Below are positions 1 through 42,199 of a stretch of DNA of 64,000 bases, piece after piece; the stretch's first letter is position 1; the number at the start of each line of letters is the position of its first letter. The translations under genes and the position numbers were made by a program. The notes beneath the pieces are model-generated. The model did no database searches. It worked only from the letters and a program-made list of their open reading frames with translations, and was not told where the DNA came from. Source of the stretch: the human T2T-CHM13v2.0 reference genome, Homo sapiens; NCBI RefSeq assembly GCF_009914755.1, contig NC_060940.1, one strand, 5' to 3'.

Positions 1-1180
<1,180 letters not shown>

Positions 1181-2689
1181 AATGGGTACTGCGCCCTGGT
1201 GTCTGGAATGAATGAATGAGTGCACTGCTGCCTGGCCAAAGGAAGTCAGCTGCAGGAGCAAGGGAAGGCTGGCTGTGGTCAGAGACCCCTGCTCTGGGCC
1301 TGGGCCCAGACACTGGCTACAGAGGAAAATGCCCCCACCCCTCTCCATGCCTTCCAGTGCTCTAGCCCAGGCCTACTACTCTTGGGTAAAGCAACCATCA
1401 CATGTCAGGAGGCCTCCGCCGCTGGGATGATGTTACAGTCTATTTTGAGGGTCACACTGGAGCATCTGTCAGCCTAGCCAGCCACACCCTCCATGTGTCA
1501 TCACTAAGAGCCAGGGACACCCACAGGTCCATGAACTCTGCCTGCAGACATTGCTCCTCCCCAGGGACCCTCAGCTTCAGGCCCTCCTTCGCTTCCTAGA
1601 AAGACAGACCTGGATGCCCCTTATCTCCTGGCACCACTGGCAGTGCTCTGATGTCTCCTCACCCCACCAGACCCGCTCCCCGAGTTCACAGCTCTGGTGA
1701 CTCGGCAAAATGCAGTTGAAGCCCATCAGTCTGTGCCAAGCTCTTAGCTCAAACACAGCCCCTCCTACTCCACAGAGCTCTCTTATACTTGAGGAGTGCC
1801 CAGAAAGCCTAGCACCCAGAAGTCAAGCTAGTTACCCATCAGACTCATAGGTCTAACAGGTCTCGCCTACTGGGGAACTCCTACTCATTCCTCCCAACTG
1901 TTCCCAGGCTCTGCCTCCTCTTGCAGAAAGACTTTCAGTCCACTCTCTACTGAATGGGCCACAGGCTTCCTGAGGACAAAGCTGATCTGTGCTGGCTTTA
2001 CATCTGTTCTCCCTATACCTAGTATAGGGCCTGGAACATAGTAGGTATATATAAATATTCTGTGAAATCTTGACATGAAACTTTCCTTATTAGACTAGCT
2101 TAGTGTGTTCTTCTCCAAAAGATATTGTCAAAACAAAGGACGTTCTGGAGAACAATGACACTAACAACTGGGTTTATAAATACCTTTTACAAAGGAGGTG
2201 TACTCAAATCTACAGAAAAGCAAGTTTACAGATTAAATGGAACAGTAAGTTGATCAAGCCCGGCCCAGAGCATGCCACAATTCTCTGGCCCTACACAGCA
2301 CCATGCACCTTTCAGCTCTGTCCCCTAACATTGCAATCTGGTAGGAATCCAACAGAACATTCCTTCACTCTACCCAGGGAAGAAATGCAACAGCTACAAT
2401 GGGGAAAGGCAGCAGCAGCATGGACATGTGTGTCTAGGATCAGGCGAGGACATCTGATAAGTCAGGCTACTCCACTGCACACCCTAAGCCCTGCAGCCAG
2501 GGTAGGCCACCAAACATCCCAGGGACTCAGGGCTCACTCACAAAATGGGAAGGTAGATGATCACCTGCTCTAGCCACTTGCCAGAGATGCTGTGAGGATC
2601 AAACTAGGTAACACAGGAAAGCTAGACAACCAGTTAATGCTTGGGTCATGGACTAAACCAGGATAAAAAACACACCTCCAAAATCCATG

Positions 2690-5850
<3,161 letters not shown>

Positions 5851-6449
5851 TCCTAATGCTGACTTTAATGAGGACCTTCCTAAAGTTGATCCAACTAGTA
5901 GTGTTCAAGTCCTTGGACTGAAAAACAAGTTTATGAGCAGCAAGGTCACCTGATTCTGATCATGTGTATGCTGTTTACCCTGAGATGACAGGCCGGTGGC
6001 CACAGAAGCTTTCATGAATGCTGCAAAGACTCTACTATCTCTTTGAAGGCTACCAGGGCCTCCACATGACTAAATGCCATAAAAAAGAACCTCATGAATA
6101 CAGCAAGAATGTGAAAGGAAGGAAGTCACAAAAACACCACATGCTCATGAGGGAAACTCCATTCTGGACACTAAATTTTTAAAGTAAACTTGTTACTTGT
6201 TTGCCTAACCTTCTAGGTATCAAATTACATCATCACTAAAAATAATCCCTGCTTTACCCCCAACACACCCACTGGCCATCAAGATCTGCTGCTTAGACCA
6301 GACCATGCCCACAGTCAGGAAATAATGGCAGCCCAGACCCATGCGGCTCCCCAGCTCACATCAGCAACAAGTGCCAGCCAAAGGACCTGAACTCTGACCA
6401 CAGGGATCAGCTCCATGATCAGGGAAAGAGGGTGGTCATGAAGGGCTTA

Positions 6450-6617
<168 letters not shown>

Positions 6618-7229
6618 TCATTTTTCTCTGCAACTCCTCCATGACAACTCCACTCCTCTGTGGCCAGAGGACGCACTTACACAGGCCGAGGAATCATTAG
6701 ACAACTGAATAAACACTTAAACCTTCCACCTTTGCCTCACCTCCTCCTGAGAACAGCAGTCCTGCCTGAGACACTGCCCATACAAACAAAACAAGGGTAG
6801 AGGCAATGTGAGAGATACTCAAGTGCTGCTGGCAGCCTCTCTAGAATCCAGGCAGCCCACCTGGGAGGCCAGGGGAAGAAGGATGAGGCCGACCTGGAAG
6901 ACACCCCCCAAACTCTAGCACGGAACCCCAGGCTCAGTCTAGGATGCCTGGCAGGTGGGGAAGCCCATGAGTCTCACGCTAATGGTAGGTATGTGACCAC
7001 CCCTTTCTTCTAAGCAGTGGCGAAAGGTCCCGCTGCCGTTGGCGCCAGCCTAGGATAAGCACGGAGGCCCTGGAGTGGAAGGTCCGGCCCAGCACTGGGT
7101 TTGGACACCTGTTGCGGTTCTCTTGACGGCAGGTGTCTCAGGACAGAGAACAGGCAGTCAGCCCTCGGCCTGTTCAGCCTCACCACCCTGGACATCCTGA
7201 AAGGGCCAAGCCCTAACTTGGAGCACCTA

Positions 7230-29775
<22,546 letters not shown>

Positions 29776-29824
29776 GAACTTGTGGGCAGCCTGCGTACTC
29801 CAGTCCTGCTAACCCCTAGCTTTT

Positions 29825-29832
29825 AATATAAA
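29825..29832 (+). terminator. TSNAXIP1: Probable non-canonical poly(A) signal of TSNAXIP1 (overlapping AATATA/TATAAA)
   Basis: Only A-rich hexamer shortly (~50 nt) after the stop codon, followed by GT-rich gtgtttgtct. Confidence 0.55.
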
Positions 29833-29953
29833 AGTGTTTGTCTGAATCCATGCCATTCTCCAGACTGTGCTGGGGAGTTGTGGGGGGGAATCAGTCCCTG
29901 CCTGGCTGGCCCCAGGACATGCACCAAAATGCAGAATATTCTGTTTATGACAC

Positions 29954-29959
29954 TTTATT
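29954..29959 (-). terminator. CENPT: Poly(A) signal AATAAA of CENPT
   Basis: TTTATT on plus strand ~90 nt past the CENPT stop at 30049. Confidence 0.8.
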
Positions 29960-30048
29960 GATGCTGGGGGGGTGGGGAGGAGACCTGGAGAAATATGTGG
30001 GGGCAAGAGTCCCCAGGTGGGGACAGGGAAAGTGTTGAAGCCTGGCCA

Positions 30049-33000
30049 CTACTGGGCAGGGAAGACAGAGTTGCCACTGTATGCACAGGGGATGAGCAGC
30101 TGCCGGTACTCCAGGGGCAGGTGCCGCTCCACTAGCACGTGCAGTGAGACTTGGTCAGTGACCAGGCCCTGCCTGCAGTGGAGGAAGAGAAGGGACAGGC
30201 AGAATCAGCACCAAAACTCCCCCAGCCAGCACCCCCACACCTTCCGCCTTCTCACCGCCGCATCAGCAGCTCCAGGTCCTCTGGCTTCACAGTCTTGCGG
30301 CCAGCATGAGCAGCAAATACCTCCAGATCATCACAAAGATGCTGGAAATATTTATCTAGGCTGTCAAGAAGGTGGGGATAGAGCAGGCTGAACAGTCTGA
30401 TCATGACCCGAGGGGTTCCTCTCCCTACCCCATGTGCCCAGGACTCACCACTTCTCCACCATCTCAAGAGCCTTCCTCTCCATGGGCATCTTGGCATAGA
30501 AGCTAAAGAGTTTCACATAGTGGCTCAGTCCAGCCTTGTGGGGATCTTGCCGGGGCCTGGGGCCGGTGGTCCGGGGCCTAGGGGGATGCCTGACCAACAG
30601 AGGCTCTGCAGGCTCTGAAGATAAGCTGAGGGCAACAGTGGACAGAGGGGGCTGAACTTGCCTCAAGGAGGCTCTTATTCAAGAGCAAGTCTTGCTGGCT
30701 TCTGCTGAGGCTGGGGACCACGTGGCCCTTGGCCAGCCAGGACCAGCAGCCCTGACCACCTGCTGAGGGGCAGTTGGGTCAGGGGGCCACATAGAGGCCA
30801 GTCTTTCCCTGGGGCTCTGTCCCTCCACAGTCGACTCGACATCCTGGTTCAGACTTATTATCTATATTGGTACCTGCTTGGGTCCATGACTCCAGGCCTT
30901 AGAATGGATAGTCTCTCTCCTTACTCTACTGCTGCCTTTCCCGATTCTGCTAATCGTCTTCCAGGAAGCCTTTTCTGACTACAAACCAACCACATACTTT
31001 CCCCTCACCCAGGCTCCTCTAAGCCGTGGAGGCAGGCACCAGGATGGCAGGGGTGCTCTTGGTGAGCTCTCCCCAGCCCAGCTGAAGCTGCCCTGCTGGG
31101 TAATCATCTGCATACCCGTAGGAAGGGGGAGGACCCTATGTACACAGCATACCCAATGCTCCCTTCCCAAGAGGCCCATGAGGAATGGGGTTGTGGGATC
31201 TTACACTGCAGCACCAGGCGCTGGGGCTGGCTCAAGAAACTGATGATGTCGCCTGGCCTGGAGAGACTCAGGGGTGCTGGAGGCCGACTCTGGACTTGCT
31301 ACAAAGAAGAAGGGTGGGGTCACAGGGATTCCAGGCCTGACCATCTCACCCAGGCCAGCACAGCCACAGTATTTCTGTCCTGTTTCTGGTGGGCCCCACC
31401 TAGCTCCAGCCAAGCAGGTGCCCCTCAGTGTCTCCCTGACCCCCTACCACCACCAGTGCCCGGAAACACAACCCAGACAAGGCCTTTCTGTGTGCTAGGG
31501 CCTGAACACAGCTGTCACCAGTCACTCCCTGCACTGGGCCTCTTACCTGCCCTGCCAGAGGCATCCTCATCCCCTGAAGATGCTCCTGGCCCGTCAGCCT
31601 CAGCAGTCCCCTGGGATCCCTCTGCTTCTGTCACCTCTGTGTGTCCCTCAGCCTCTTCTACCCTGCTGGGTCCTTGTGCTCCTGTTGCCTCCATTTCACT
31701 CACACTCACACCTTCTTCTTCCATCTTTTTCTCTGCCTCTTCAACTCCATCGTGTAAGGGCTCTACTTCATCTTCTCCAGAGACACCACTGCTGGTGCTC
31801 AGGAAGCCCAGAGCAAAGGCATTGACCTCCTCTGCCTCTCCTGCCAGAAACTGGGCTGGTTTCCCAGGGCCTGAGTGAAGGGGAGAGAATACAGGCCGGA
31901 GACGCAGCAGGCCAAGGCTGCATAGCTCAGAGAAGGGTAAAGATGGACCAGCAGACCCAGTCCTGCCCACTGAGGAAAGACAAAGCCAGAGGCAGCACCA
32001 GGACATGGATCTGAAGTCTCCTGGCCCAACATGGACTCTGCTCTTGGATGAAGGAGGCAGCCACAGCCAGGGTGCTCTAGGGGCACAGAGGGGCTTGAGG
32101 AAGGAAAACTACCATTGTCAACTCTCACCCAAGCTAAATTTGGCTCCAGGCCACCAGTGCCACACACTCACTATTCTTCTGCAGCCCAGGCCCACTGCTC
32201 TGTGTCTTGCGACCGGCAGCCTGCTCAGCGTCTTCAGCCCCAGTGTGAGGCGTGCAGGGCAGGGAGTGATACACGTTGGGGGAGCCAACCATGGGCTGAG
32301 AGAACGGCTGGGTGTCCTCCAACACAATGTCTGTGGGCAGAGTAGTAACAGGTTCTGAGGCTGTCACCTGGAGATCAGGGGCCAGCTGGCTCTCAGCGTA
32401 TTCCAGGCCCACCGGCTGCTACTCAGCGTTGCCAGGGCCTGGACAGTGGGCTGCATGGGTCCACCCTGAGTGGCCTTCAGAGAAAGAAGACGACCTAGCA
32501 CGCGAGGCCTTATCGCCTACAGCCCTCCTTGCTTACCTTCCTGTTCCTCTGCCTGGCAGTCCCAGGCCCCTATAGCTGCCCGCCCACCAGCTGCCCACTT
32601 AAAATACCTCTTCGCTGCTTGTTCTGCTCCGTCTTCCCAAACCCTCTTCTTACTCTGGTGAACTTGTTTTCTGCAATCAGGCTCCCAGGTCAGTTTGAAT
32701 TGGCCAGCTGATCCTGAAACCTGGCCCCTCTCAACAAGTTTTGGCCACCACACCACACCCCTTTACAACCTCCAGCCCTATAGTCTAAGGATATGGGGCC
32801 CTGGGAGACACCGAGGGACCAAGGAAAGAGGCCCCCTGTAGAAAGCAAGCAGAAATTCCTTGTAGACCCACTGACCAGAGTTGCTCGCTGTCCTTGACCC
32901 CACCGAGAGGGGTGCAACCCTGACTCAGCATCACCTCCTATCTGTCATAGCGGGGAGAGCTTTCCCCAAAGGCCAGCAGGGGAAAACCCAACCTTACTTG

Positions 33001-35641
33001 GAGGAGCCAGGGAAGTATCTCGCAGATCCCGCAAAAAGGCACCCACGTCTACAGCTCGGCGGGCTGGAGGTCTGCGGGCCAAGCCAGGCCTCTGCACTGA
33101 CTGTGGCTGAAGAGGTGTGGCAAAGGTCAGGTTGAGGGATCTGGTGAGGTGGGGAGGCACAGAGGAAAGTCAGGTACCTGAGACCCAGTTTGCCCACAGA
33201 TCCCTCCATCTGCCCTGGGGCTCTCATCTCTTAGAACAGATGCTGTGAGGCTAAAACTGGTAGGAAGTAGTATGGGCAGATTCCATCCCAGGCAGCACCT
33301 CCCTCCCCAAGTCTCTCCTCCACCCACTCCCAGAACAGGAAACACCCAGAGCAGCACCTGGTGAGGGAAGAGGCATCAGCATTCCCTTGAGGCTCTGTCA
33401 GCAACCGGCAAGAGAATGTAAAAGAAGAAAACCATGGTAAGTGATCCAGGCCTGTGAGGGCCCTCTCTCAGGACTCCTCAGCCTCTCCAGAGGACAGGAG
33501 GGAGAGGGTAGCAAAAGTGGTGTCCAGGGCCTCACCTTGGGAGAGAGACAGCCCCTGGTCCACTCCCTGCTGAAACACTGACAGTCTCAGCCTCTGTTTC
33601 CTCCTGCCAGGGGCCAGCAGACCTGGAGCCAGGGTTGTGGGGGGCTCGAGCTCAGGAAGTTGCAGCTCCAGGCTATAAGAATGGAGCTTATCTCAGACAG
33701 GCCAGGAAGTCCAATTCTGGCTTTTGCAACCCCCAAGAAACTCCCGGACTAAGCTGCCCATAGCACAATCCAAGGTGGGGGAGTTCTGTGTACCTGCCGC
33801 AACTGCTCTCTTGTCTGGAGGGTTGGACCGCCTGCGGTGCTGGCACTGGCTTCACTACCGACTCAGGCATCAGGATGGAAGATTCTGGGGCTGCAGAAAC
33901 ACCAAGGAGAGGGTGGGGCTGACAGAACAGGCCACCCTGAATAAAAGATACCACAAGACTGGGGTTGGACTGGTACCTAACTCTGACCGGCAGGCCAGCG
34001 CTCACTTACCAGTTAGTAGGATGTTCTTCAGCAGCGTCCGAGGTGTCTGTTCCTCCAAGTGCCCACTGGCCTGAATATGGGCCGATCTGCCAACAGACTA
34101 TCGGCAAAGCACCAAGCAACCAGTCTGTCCGTCTGCCTTGAGATTTCCTCAAGGTGGGCTCCAGAGCAGAGCTAGACCTCAACCCCCCTCCCCGAGGCAG
34201 CCAGGGCCCTTTGGGGTCAGTGGGCTGGGTACTTACCCTGGCTCCATGGGAACGCCCTCTGGCTATCGTCCTTGTTTGGCCACTCAACTTCCTGGGGGAA
34301 GCCGTTTCAAGCAGGGCTCTCCGGGCTCTGTGTAAAGACCAGCAATTATGCCGAGAATTACGGTGAGGAGGGATAGAGAATATAGAGACATGCCTTCATC
34401 AGGGGTCTTGGTCTGGAGCCGTTTTCCCTCAGGGCTAGGGACCCAGAAACCACTTGCCCCTACCATCGCCCCTGTTCCCAGCCCTATGTCACCAGCAGTG
34501 TGGACCGAAGAAGACCCCTGGGGTATGGGAATAGAGAGGGCATATGAGTGAACCAACCAGGAGGGGCTGGGAAAGGCTTCACAGAGGTGACTTCAGCAGA
34601 ATCACAAAGGATAAGTAGGGGTTAGCCACACAGAAAAGAGGGGCAATTGGAAAAGCATCCACCCCAGACATGAAAGTAACAATCCATGATGGATACTAAA
34701 GTATTTTAAAATCTTTTAAGAACTTGGGTACCCCAGACACCTTAGTCTCTCCAGTCCAGTCCCTCTCAGATTCCAGAGCCACATAAGTGTTCCCAGGGCG
34801 CAGCTCCTACCTCATGGGTGTAAAACCTATAATGAATGGCTTCTCATTCCCTATAAAGAAACTCCACTGTCCCAGTCTGGCAGATGTCAACGTATGCATC
34901 CTCTGCACCATGAGCTCACCACAGCCCTCACCCACTGCCACTCCCACTGACTCAGGCCAAATTCCCTGCTCCTTAGCAAAGCATCTTCCAGTTGCTGCCT
35001 CCCAACTTCTGCCCAGGCTGTCCTCTAGCTCCTTTCCCATTTCCCAGCTGGGAGCTACAAGGACAGTAAGACAATGAGCAGGAACAGTGGGAACCCTCGG
35101 GACGCAGAAGTTCAGGGCAAATGCCTAGGCACACCCTGGCTGGTCTGGGGAAAGCTGCCTAGAGAACAGAGCAGAAGGTGAGATTCTGAACCCCTATCCT
35201 CCATCTCCAGTGGCCGAGCCCCCAGAGACCCGGGATCAGTCAGGCTCTGTGGTCCCGAGGGCTGGCTGCCTGGAGCCCTGGGGGCAGGGGCACAAACAGC
35301 TGGCCCGGGCCCGGCTAGAGCAATGGAACCAGTTCTCAGAGTCCCAGGCCCTGCTCCTCTCTGAGACTCAGTTTTCCTCTTCGAACAGAGTCGACGCTGG
35401 GTTCCACCCAGACCCTGCTCCTCTCTGAGACTCAGTTTTCCTCTTCGAACAGAGTCGACGCTGGGTTCCACCCAGACCCCACTCCCCGGTCCCTCTAGTT
35501 GCTCAAGTACTCGGGGAGCCCCCTCACATACCCAGCCCGAGCACTCCGGGGTCGCCGCGGGGTGCGCGGGTCCGCTGTATCCAGCACGCGTCGCAGCAGC
35601 GTGCGCGGCGTGGAGTCGCTGTCAGGGTTGTGGTCAGCCAT
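30049..35641 (-). CDS. CENPT: Centromere protein T, 13 coding exons, 561 aa; N-terminal TPR(T)LL CDK/Ndc80-binding motifs, acidic linker, C-terminal histone fold
   Basis: Exons 5'->3': 35641-35532, 34327-34237, 34097-34010, 33890-33794, 33672-33536, 33394-33358, 33140-32998, 32330-32172, 31870-31547, 31298-31205, 30625-30449, 30360-30256, 30172-30049. Sum is 1686 nt = 561 aa + TAG, all GT-AG. Starts MADHNPDSDSTPRTLLRRVL; histone fold ...DDLEVFAAHAGRKTVKPEDLELLMRRQG. Confidence 0.97.
35349..35479. repeat. Perfect 64-bp tandem duplication (2 copies)
   Basis: 35349-35412 is identical to 35413-35476 (ccctgctcctctctgagactcagttttcctcttcgaacagagtcgacgctgggttccacccaga), followed by ccc. Confidence 0.93.
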
Positions 35642-35850
35642 CGTCTCGGCCCCGGGCCCTCCTAACCGCCCAGCCAGCTGCAGGCTCCGCCTTCCCGCCG
35701 CCACAGTTAATGTAACTCTCGCGATGCTCCCGCACAGCCCCACGGGAATTGTAGTTCTCGCACTATCGCAGCTCGCGGGGTGGACAGTGATGGTTGCAAA
35801 CTCCGGATGCTTTGGAGGCAGCCTCGCTGCGGGTAAACCTCGGTTAATGT
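35480..35850 (-). promoter_or_regulatory. CENPT: CpG island at the first coding exon of CENPT, probable proximal promoter
   Basis: CpG-rich stretch; ACTACAATTCCC on minus strand at 35744-35755, ~100 bp upstream of the ATG. Confidence 0.7.
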
Positions 35851-36619
35851 AATGCAAGCAGCCCAAGTCTTGGCTTCTTCATCTGTAAATTGAGGTTGAT
35901 ACCCACCTGATAAGGAGCTTGTAATGATTCAAGGAGTTGATGTTTAACTCAGAGTCTAACACACGATAAGCCAGGGCACTGGTAACTAGCAATTGCTATT
36001 ATTAGAAGGCTCTCTCATTCCCATCTCCCTCTCCGAAGATGAGGAGAGACACTTGGGCCAGGAAAAAGATTTTTATCCTACATATGACCTGGTTAGATTT
36101 GCATTTGCAGGCTAGGCGGTGGTTCACGCCTGTAATTCCAATACTTTAGGACACCGAGGCGGGAGGATAGCTTGAGCTCAGGAGTTCGAGAGCAGCCTGG
36201 GCAACACAGTGAGACCCCTGCCCCCTGGTCTCTACAAAAAATAAAAATAAATTATTCAGTCATGGTGGTGCGCGCCTGTAGTCCCAGATAATGGGGAGGC
36301 TGAGGCAGGAGCATTGCTTGAGCCCAGGAGTTCAAGACTTAAGTGAGTCGTGATCGCACTCCAGCCTGGGCAACAGAGAGAGACCCTGTATCAAAAAATA
36401 ATAAAAGCATTTTTAAAAGATCTGCTTTGCAAATCTGTCTATAGGGCCTATCTCTATCAGAAGAGACCAGGAAGCAGGCTCCAAGGCTAATAGGCTGTTT
36501 GTGATCCAGCACTGATGTTATTATGATCTCCAAACACGAGCAATTTTGAGATGAATTCCGGCTCTCAAAAGTTCTATTAATGTTTTCCCCATTACCACCA
36601 CATCTAGCAAAATAAATAA

Positions 36620-36804
<185 letters not shown>

Positions 36805-36953
36805 TAGAGACAGGGTTTCTCCATGTTGGTCAGGCTGGTGTCAAACTCCTGACCTCAAGTGATCCGCCTGCCTCGGCCTCCCAAAGTGCTGGGATTACAG
36901 GTGTGAGCCACTGCGCCCGGCCATTAAAAATTTTTAATGCTAGAGATGCTTAC

Positions 36954-37315
<362 letters not shown>

Positions 37316-37319
37316 TCAC

Positions 37320-37440
37320 CTATAATTCCAGCTACTCTGGAAACTGAGGCAGGAGAATTGCTTGAACCCTGGGAGGCAGAGGTTGCAGAGCTGAGATCGA
37401 GCCACACTACTCCAGCTTGGGCGACTAAGCAAGACTCCAT
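37320..37440 (-). other. CENPT: Candidate Alu-derived non-coding 5'UTR exon of CENPT
   Basis: Alu antisense to CENPT with polyT-ccgAG acceptor (37442-37441) and a consensus AG|GTGAGT donor at 37319. Confidence 0.45.
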
Positions 37441-38201
37441 CTCGGAAAAAAAAAATTAAGCAAAAAATTAGATTCTTGCTTCTCAAAATAAGAGAACTGT
37501 AGAGAAAAAGCTATCGATATTCCTTGTCATTTAGATCTGATATCTGTGTTATCTGACTCAATTTGCTATCCTTTTGCAGACATATTTCCATGGTTACTAC
37601 CTAAATGCAGTTTTTTTTTTGTTTTTGTTTTTTTTTTGAGATGTTCTCCTGCCTCAGCCTCCTGAGCAGCTGGGATTACAGGCTGGCACCACCACGCCCA
37701 GCTAATTTTTGTATAGAGACGGGGTTTCACCATTTTGGTCATGCTGGTCTCGAACTCCTCATGATCCGCCTGCCTCAGCCTCCCAAAGTGCTGGGATTAC
37801 AGGCGTGAGCCATGGCGCCTGGTCTGCAGTTTTGTTTTTGTTTTTGTTTTTTGTTTTTTGAGATGGAGTCTCACTTTGTTGCCCGGGATGGAGTGCAGTG
37901 GCACAATCTCAGCTCACTGCAACCTCTGCCTCCCGGTTTCAAGCAATTCTCCCTGCCTCAGCCTCCCAAGTAGCTGGGATTACAGGTGCCCACCACCACA
38001 CCTGGCTAATTTTTTGTATTTTTAGTAGAGACGGGGTTTCACCATGTTGGCCAAGATGGTCTTGACCTCCTGACCTCATGATCCGCCCACCTCAGCCTCC
38101 CAAAGTGCTGGGATTACAGGCGTGAGCCACTACACCCGGCCCCAGCCTGCAGTTTTAAATTATTTATTCATTTACTAGTAAAACCTTGAACTATTGAATA
38201 A

Positions 38202-38351
<150 letters not shown>

Positions 38352-39287
38352 TAGGATTACAGGGGCCCACCGCCAAGCCCGGCTAATTTTTTGTATTTTT
38401 TTTCTTTTTTTGAGACAGAGTTTTGCTCTTGTTGCCCAGGCTGGAGTGCAATGGCGCAACCTCTGCCTTCTGAGCCTCTCGAGTAGCTGGGATTACAGGC
38501 ATGTGCCACCACGCATGGCTGATTTTGTATTTTTAGTAAAGATGGGGTTTCTCCATGTTGGTCAGGCTGGTCTTGAACTCCCGACCTCAGGTGATCCGCC
38601 TGCCTCAGCCTCCCAAAGGTTCACGCCATTCTCCTGCCTCAGCCTCCCGAGTAGCTGGGAGTACAGGCGCCCACTACCACGCCCGGCTAATTTTTTGTAT
38701 TTTTAGTAGAGACGGGGTTTCACCGTGTTAGCCAGGATGGTCTCGATCTCCTGACCTTGTGATCTGCCCGCCTCGGCCTCCCAAAGTGCTGGGATTACAG
38801 GCGTGAGCCACTACGAAATTTTTTGTATTTTTAGTAGAGACGAGGTTTCGCTCTGTTGGCCAGGCTGGTCTCCAACTCCTAACCTCAGGTGATCTTCCGC
38901 CTCGGCCTCCCAAAGTGCTGGGATTACAGGCGTGAGCCACCGTGCCTTGCCTTTTTTTTTTCTTTTTTTTTTGAGACAGGGTCTCGCTCTGTCACCCGCG
39001 CTGGAGTGCAATGGTGGGATCACAGGTCACTGAAGATCTCAACCTTCTGGACTCAAGCCATCCTCCCACCTCAGCCTTCTGAGTAGCTGGGATTACCGGA
39101 GTGAGTCACCATGCCCAGCTAATTATTGTATTTTACGTACAGGCGGGGTTTCACCATGTTGCCCAGGCTGGTCAAACATGTTTCAAAAAAGATTAAAACA
39201 TGAACTTTGGCTGGGCGCAGTGGCTCACACCTGTAATCCTAGCACTTTGGGAGGCCGAGGCAGGTGGATCACAAGGTCAGGAGTTCA

Positions 39288-39479
<192 letters not shown>

Positions 39480-40072
39480 TCAAAAACAAACAAACAAACA
39501 AACAAACAAACAATGAGCTTCATTCTTTGTACAGTAGTATTCTGTTTGTTCACATAATTAAACGTTATAATTACTTGTTTAAAAAAAATACTGGGATGAA
39601 GTGAGGCAGGGAGGAGCGAAAGAGAATGACAGGGCTAGACTAATATGGGGTCTTGCAAGCTCTGGGAAAGAATCTGGACATTATTCTAAATGGAATAGGA
39701 AGCCAGTGGAGGAATTTAAGCAGAGGTATGACATATCAGATTTTCTCTGGCAGTCATGTGAAGAACAGATTGCAGGAGAGGCAAGATTGAAGGCAGGGAG
39801 ACATGTGATGAGGTTCTTGCCTTTCTCCAGGGGTGATTAAGACAGAGAGTGAGCTGGATCGTGGAGGTGGGGAGAAAGCCATGCATTCCAGATATGCTTT
39901 GAGGTAGAAGATTAAGTGTAGATGACAGGTGATTTTATGTACTGGAAATTAGAGTTTCATTGGGCATAATTTTCAATATTCTGTGCATAAAGAAATTACA
40001 TCAATTTGGCCTCTCAACATTTTTTGAGCAAGGTGAGTCCTGAGACAGGTAGAGTTTGAACCATAACAGTTA

Positions 40073-40495
<423 letters not shown>

Positions 40496-41435
40496 TCAGG
40501 AGGTCAAGGCCAGTCTGGCCAACATAGTGAAACCCTGTCTCTATGAAAAATACAAAAAATTAGTCGGGTGTAGTGGTGTGGGCCTGTAATTCCACCTACT
40601 CAGGAGGCTGAGGCAGGAAAATCGTGTGAACTCGGGAGGCAGAGATTACAGTGAACTGAGATTGTGCCACTGCACTCCAGCCCTGGCCACAGTGTGAGTG
40701 CAAGACTCTGTCTCAAAAAAAAAAAAAAAAAAATTTAAGCATGTAATATTGGCCGGGTGCAGTGGCTCACACTTGTAATCCCAGCACTTTAGGAGGCCAA
40801 GGTGGCCGGATCACCTGAGGTCAGAAGTTCCAGACTAGCCTGCCCAACATGTTGAAACTCCATCTCTTCTAAAAATACAAAAATTAGGTCGGGTGCGGTG
40901 GCTCACGCCTGTAATCCCAGCACTTTGGGAGGCTGAGATGGGTGGATTGCATGAGGTCAGGAGTTTGCGACCAACCTGGCCAACATGAGGAAAACCCCGC
41001 TCTACAAAAATACAAAAATTAGCCGGGTATGGTGGTGGGCACCTATAATACCAGCTCTTGGGAGGCTGAGGCAGGAGAATTGCTTGAACCCTGAAGTGGA
41101 GTTTGCAGTGAGCCTAGATCGTGCCACTTCACTCCAGCCTGACCAAGAACAAAACTCCACCTCAAAAAAAAAAAAAAAAAAACCAAAAAAAATTAGCTGG
41201 GTGTGGTCGTGCACACCTGTAATCCCAGTTACCTGGGAGGCTAAGGCAGAAGAATTGCTTGAACCCAAGAGGCGGATGTTGCAGTGAGCCAAGATTGCAC
41301 CACTACACGCCAGCCTGGGCAACAGAGTGAGACATCGTCTAAGAAAAATAAAAATAAATAAATAAATAAATAGGCTGGGCACGGTAGCTCACACCTATAA
41401 TCCCAGCACTTTGGGAGGCCGAGGTGGGTGGATCA

Positions 41436-41654
<219 letters not shown>

Positions 41655-41879
41655 TCAAATAAATAAATACATAAGTAAAAATGCAATATGTGTGTTCACG
41701 TTTATACCGTTGTATAAATGATTCACCCAAATGAATGCATATCTTTTACCAGGGGCTACACCGGCCCCATTTTGTTTTTATGTCCAATAATATAATTAGA
41801 AGTAATGTACATTAGAGGCCGGGCGCGGTGGCTCACGCCTGTAATCCCAGCACTTTGGGAGGCCGAGGCGGGCGGATCA

Positions 41880-42146
<267 letters not shown>

Positions 42147-42199
42147 TCATGCCTGTGATCTGCTATCAGGAGAGAAAAAAGGACAAGAAAAATTGGGAG

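Noticed and set aside
31138-31878. 246-aa plus-strand ORF
   Set aside because: Antisense shadow of the acidic CENPT exon.
35349-35479. CRISPR-like or engineered repeat (contains SalI and BstBI sites)
   Set aside because: Only two adjacent copies with no spacers in a eukaryotic intron; a simple tandem duplication.
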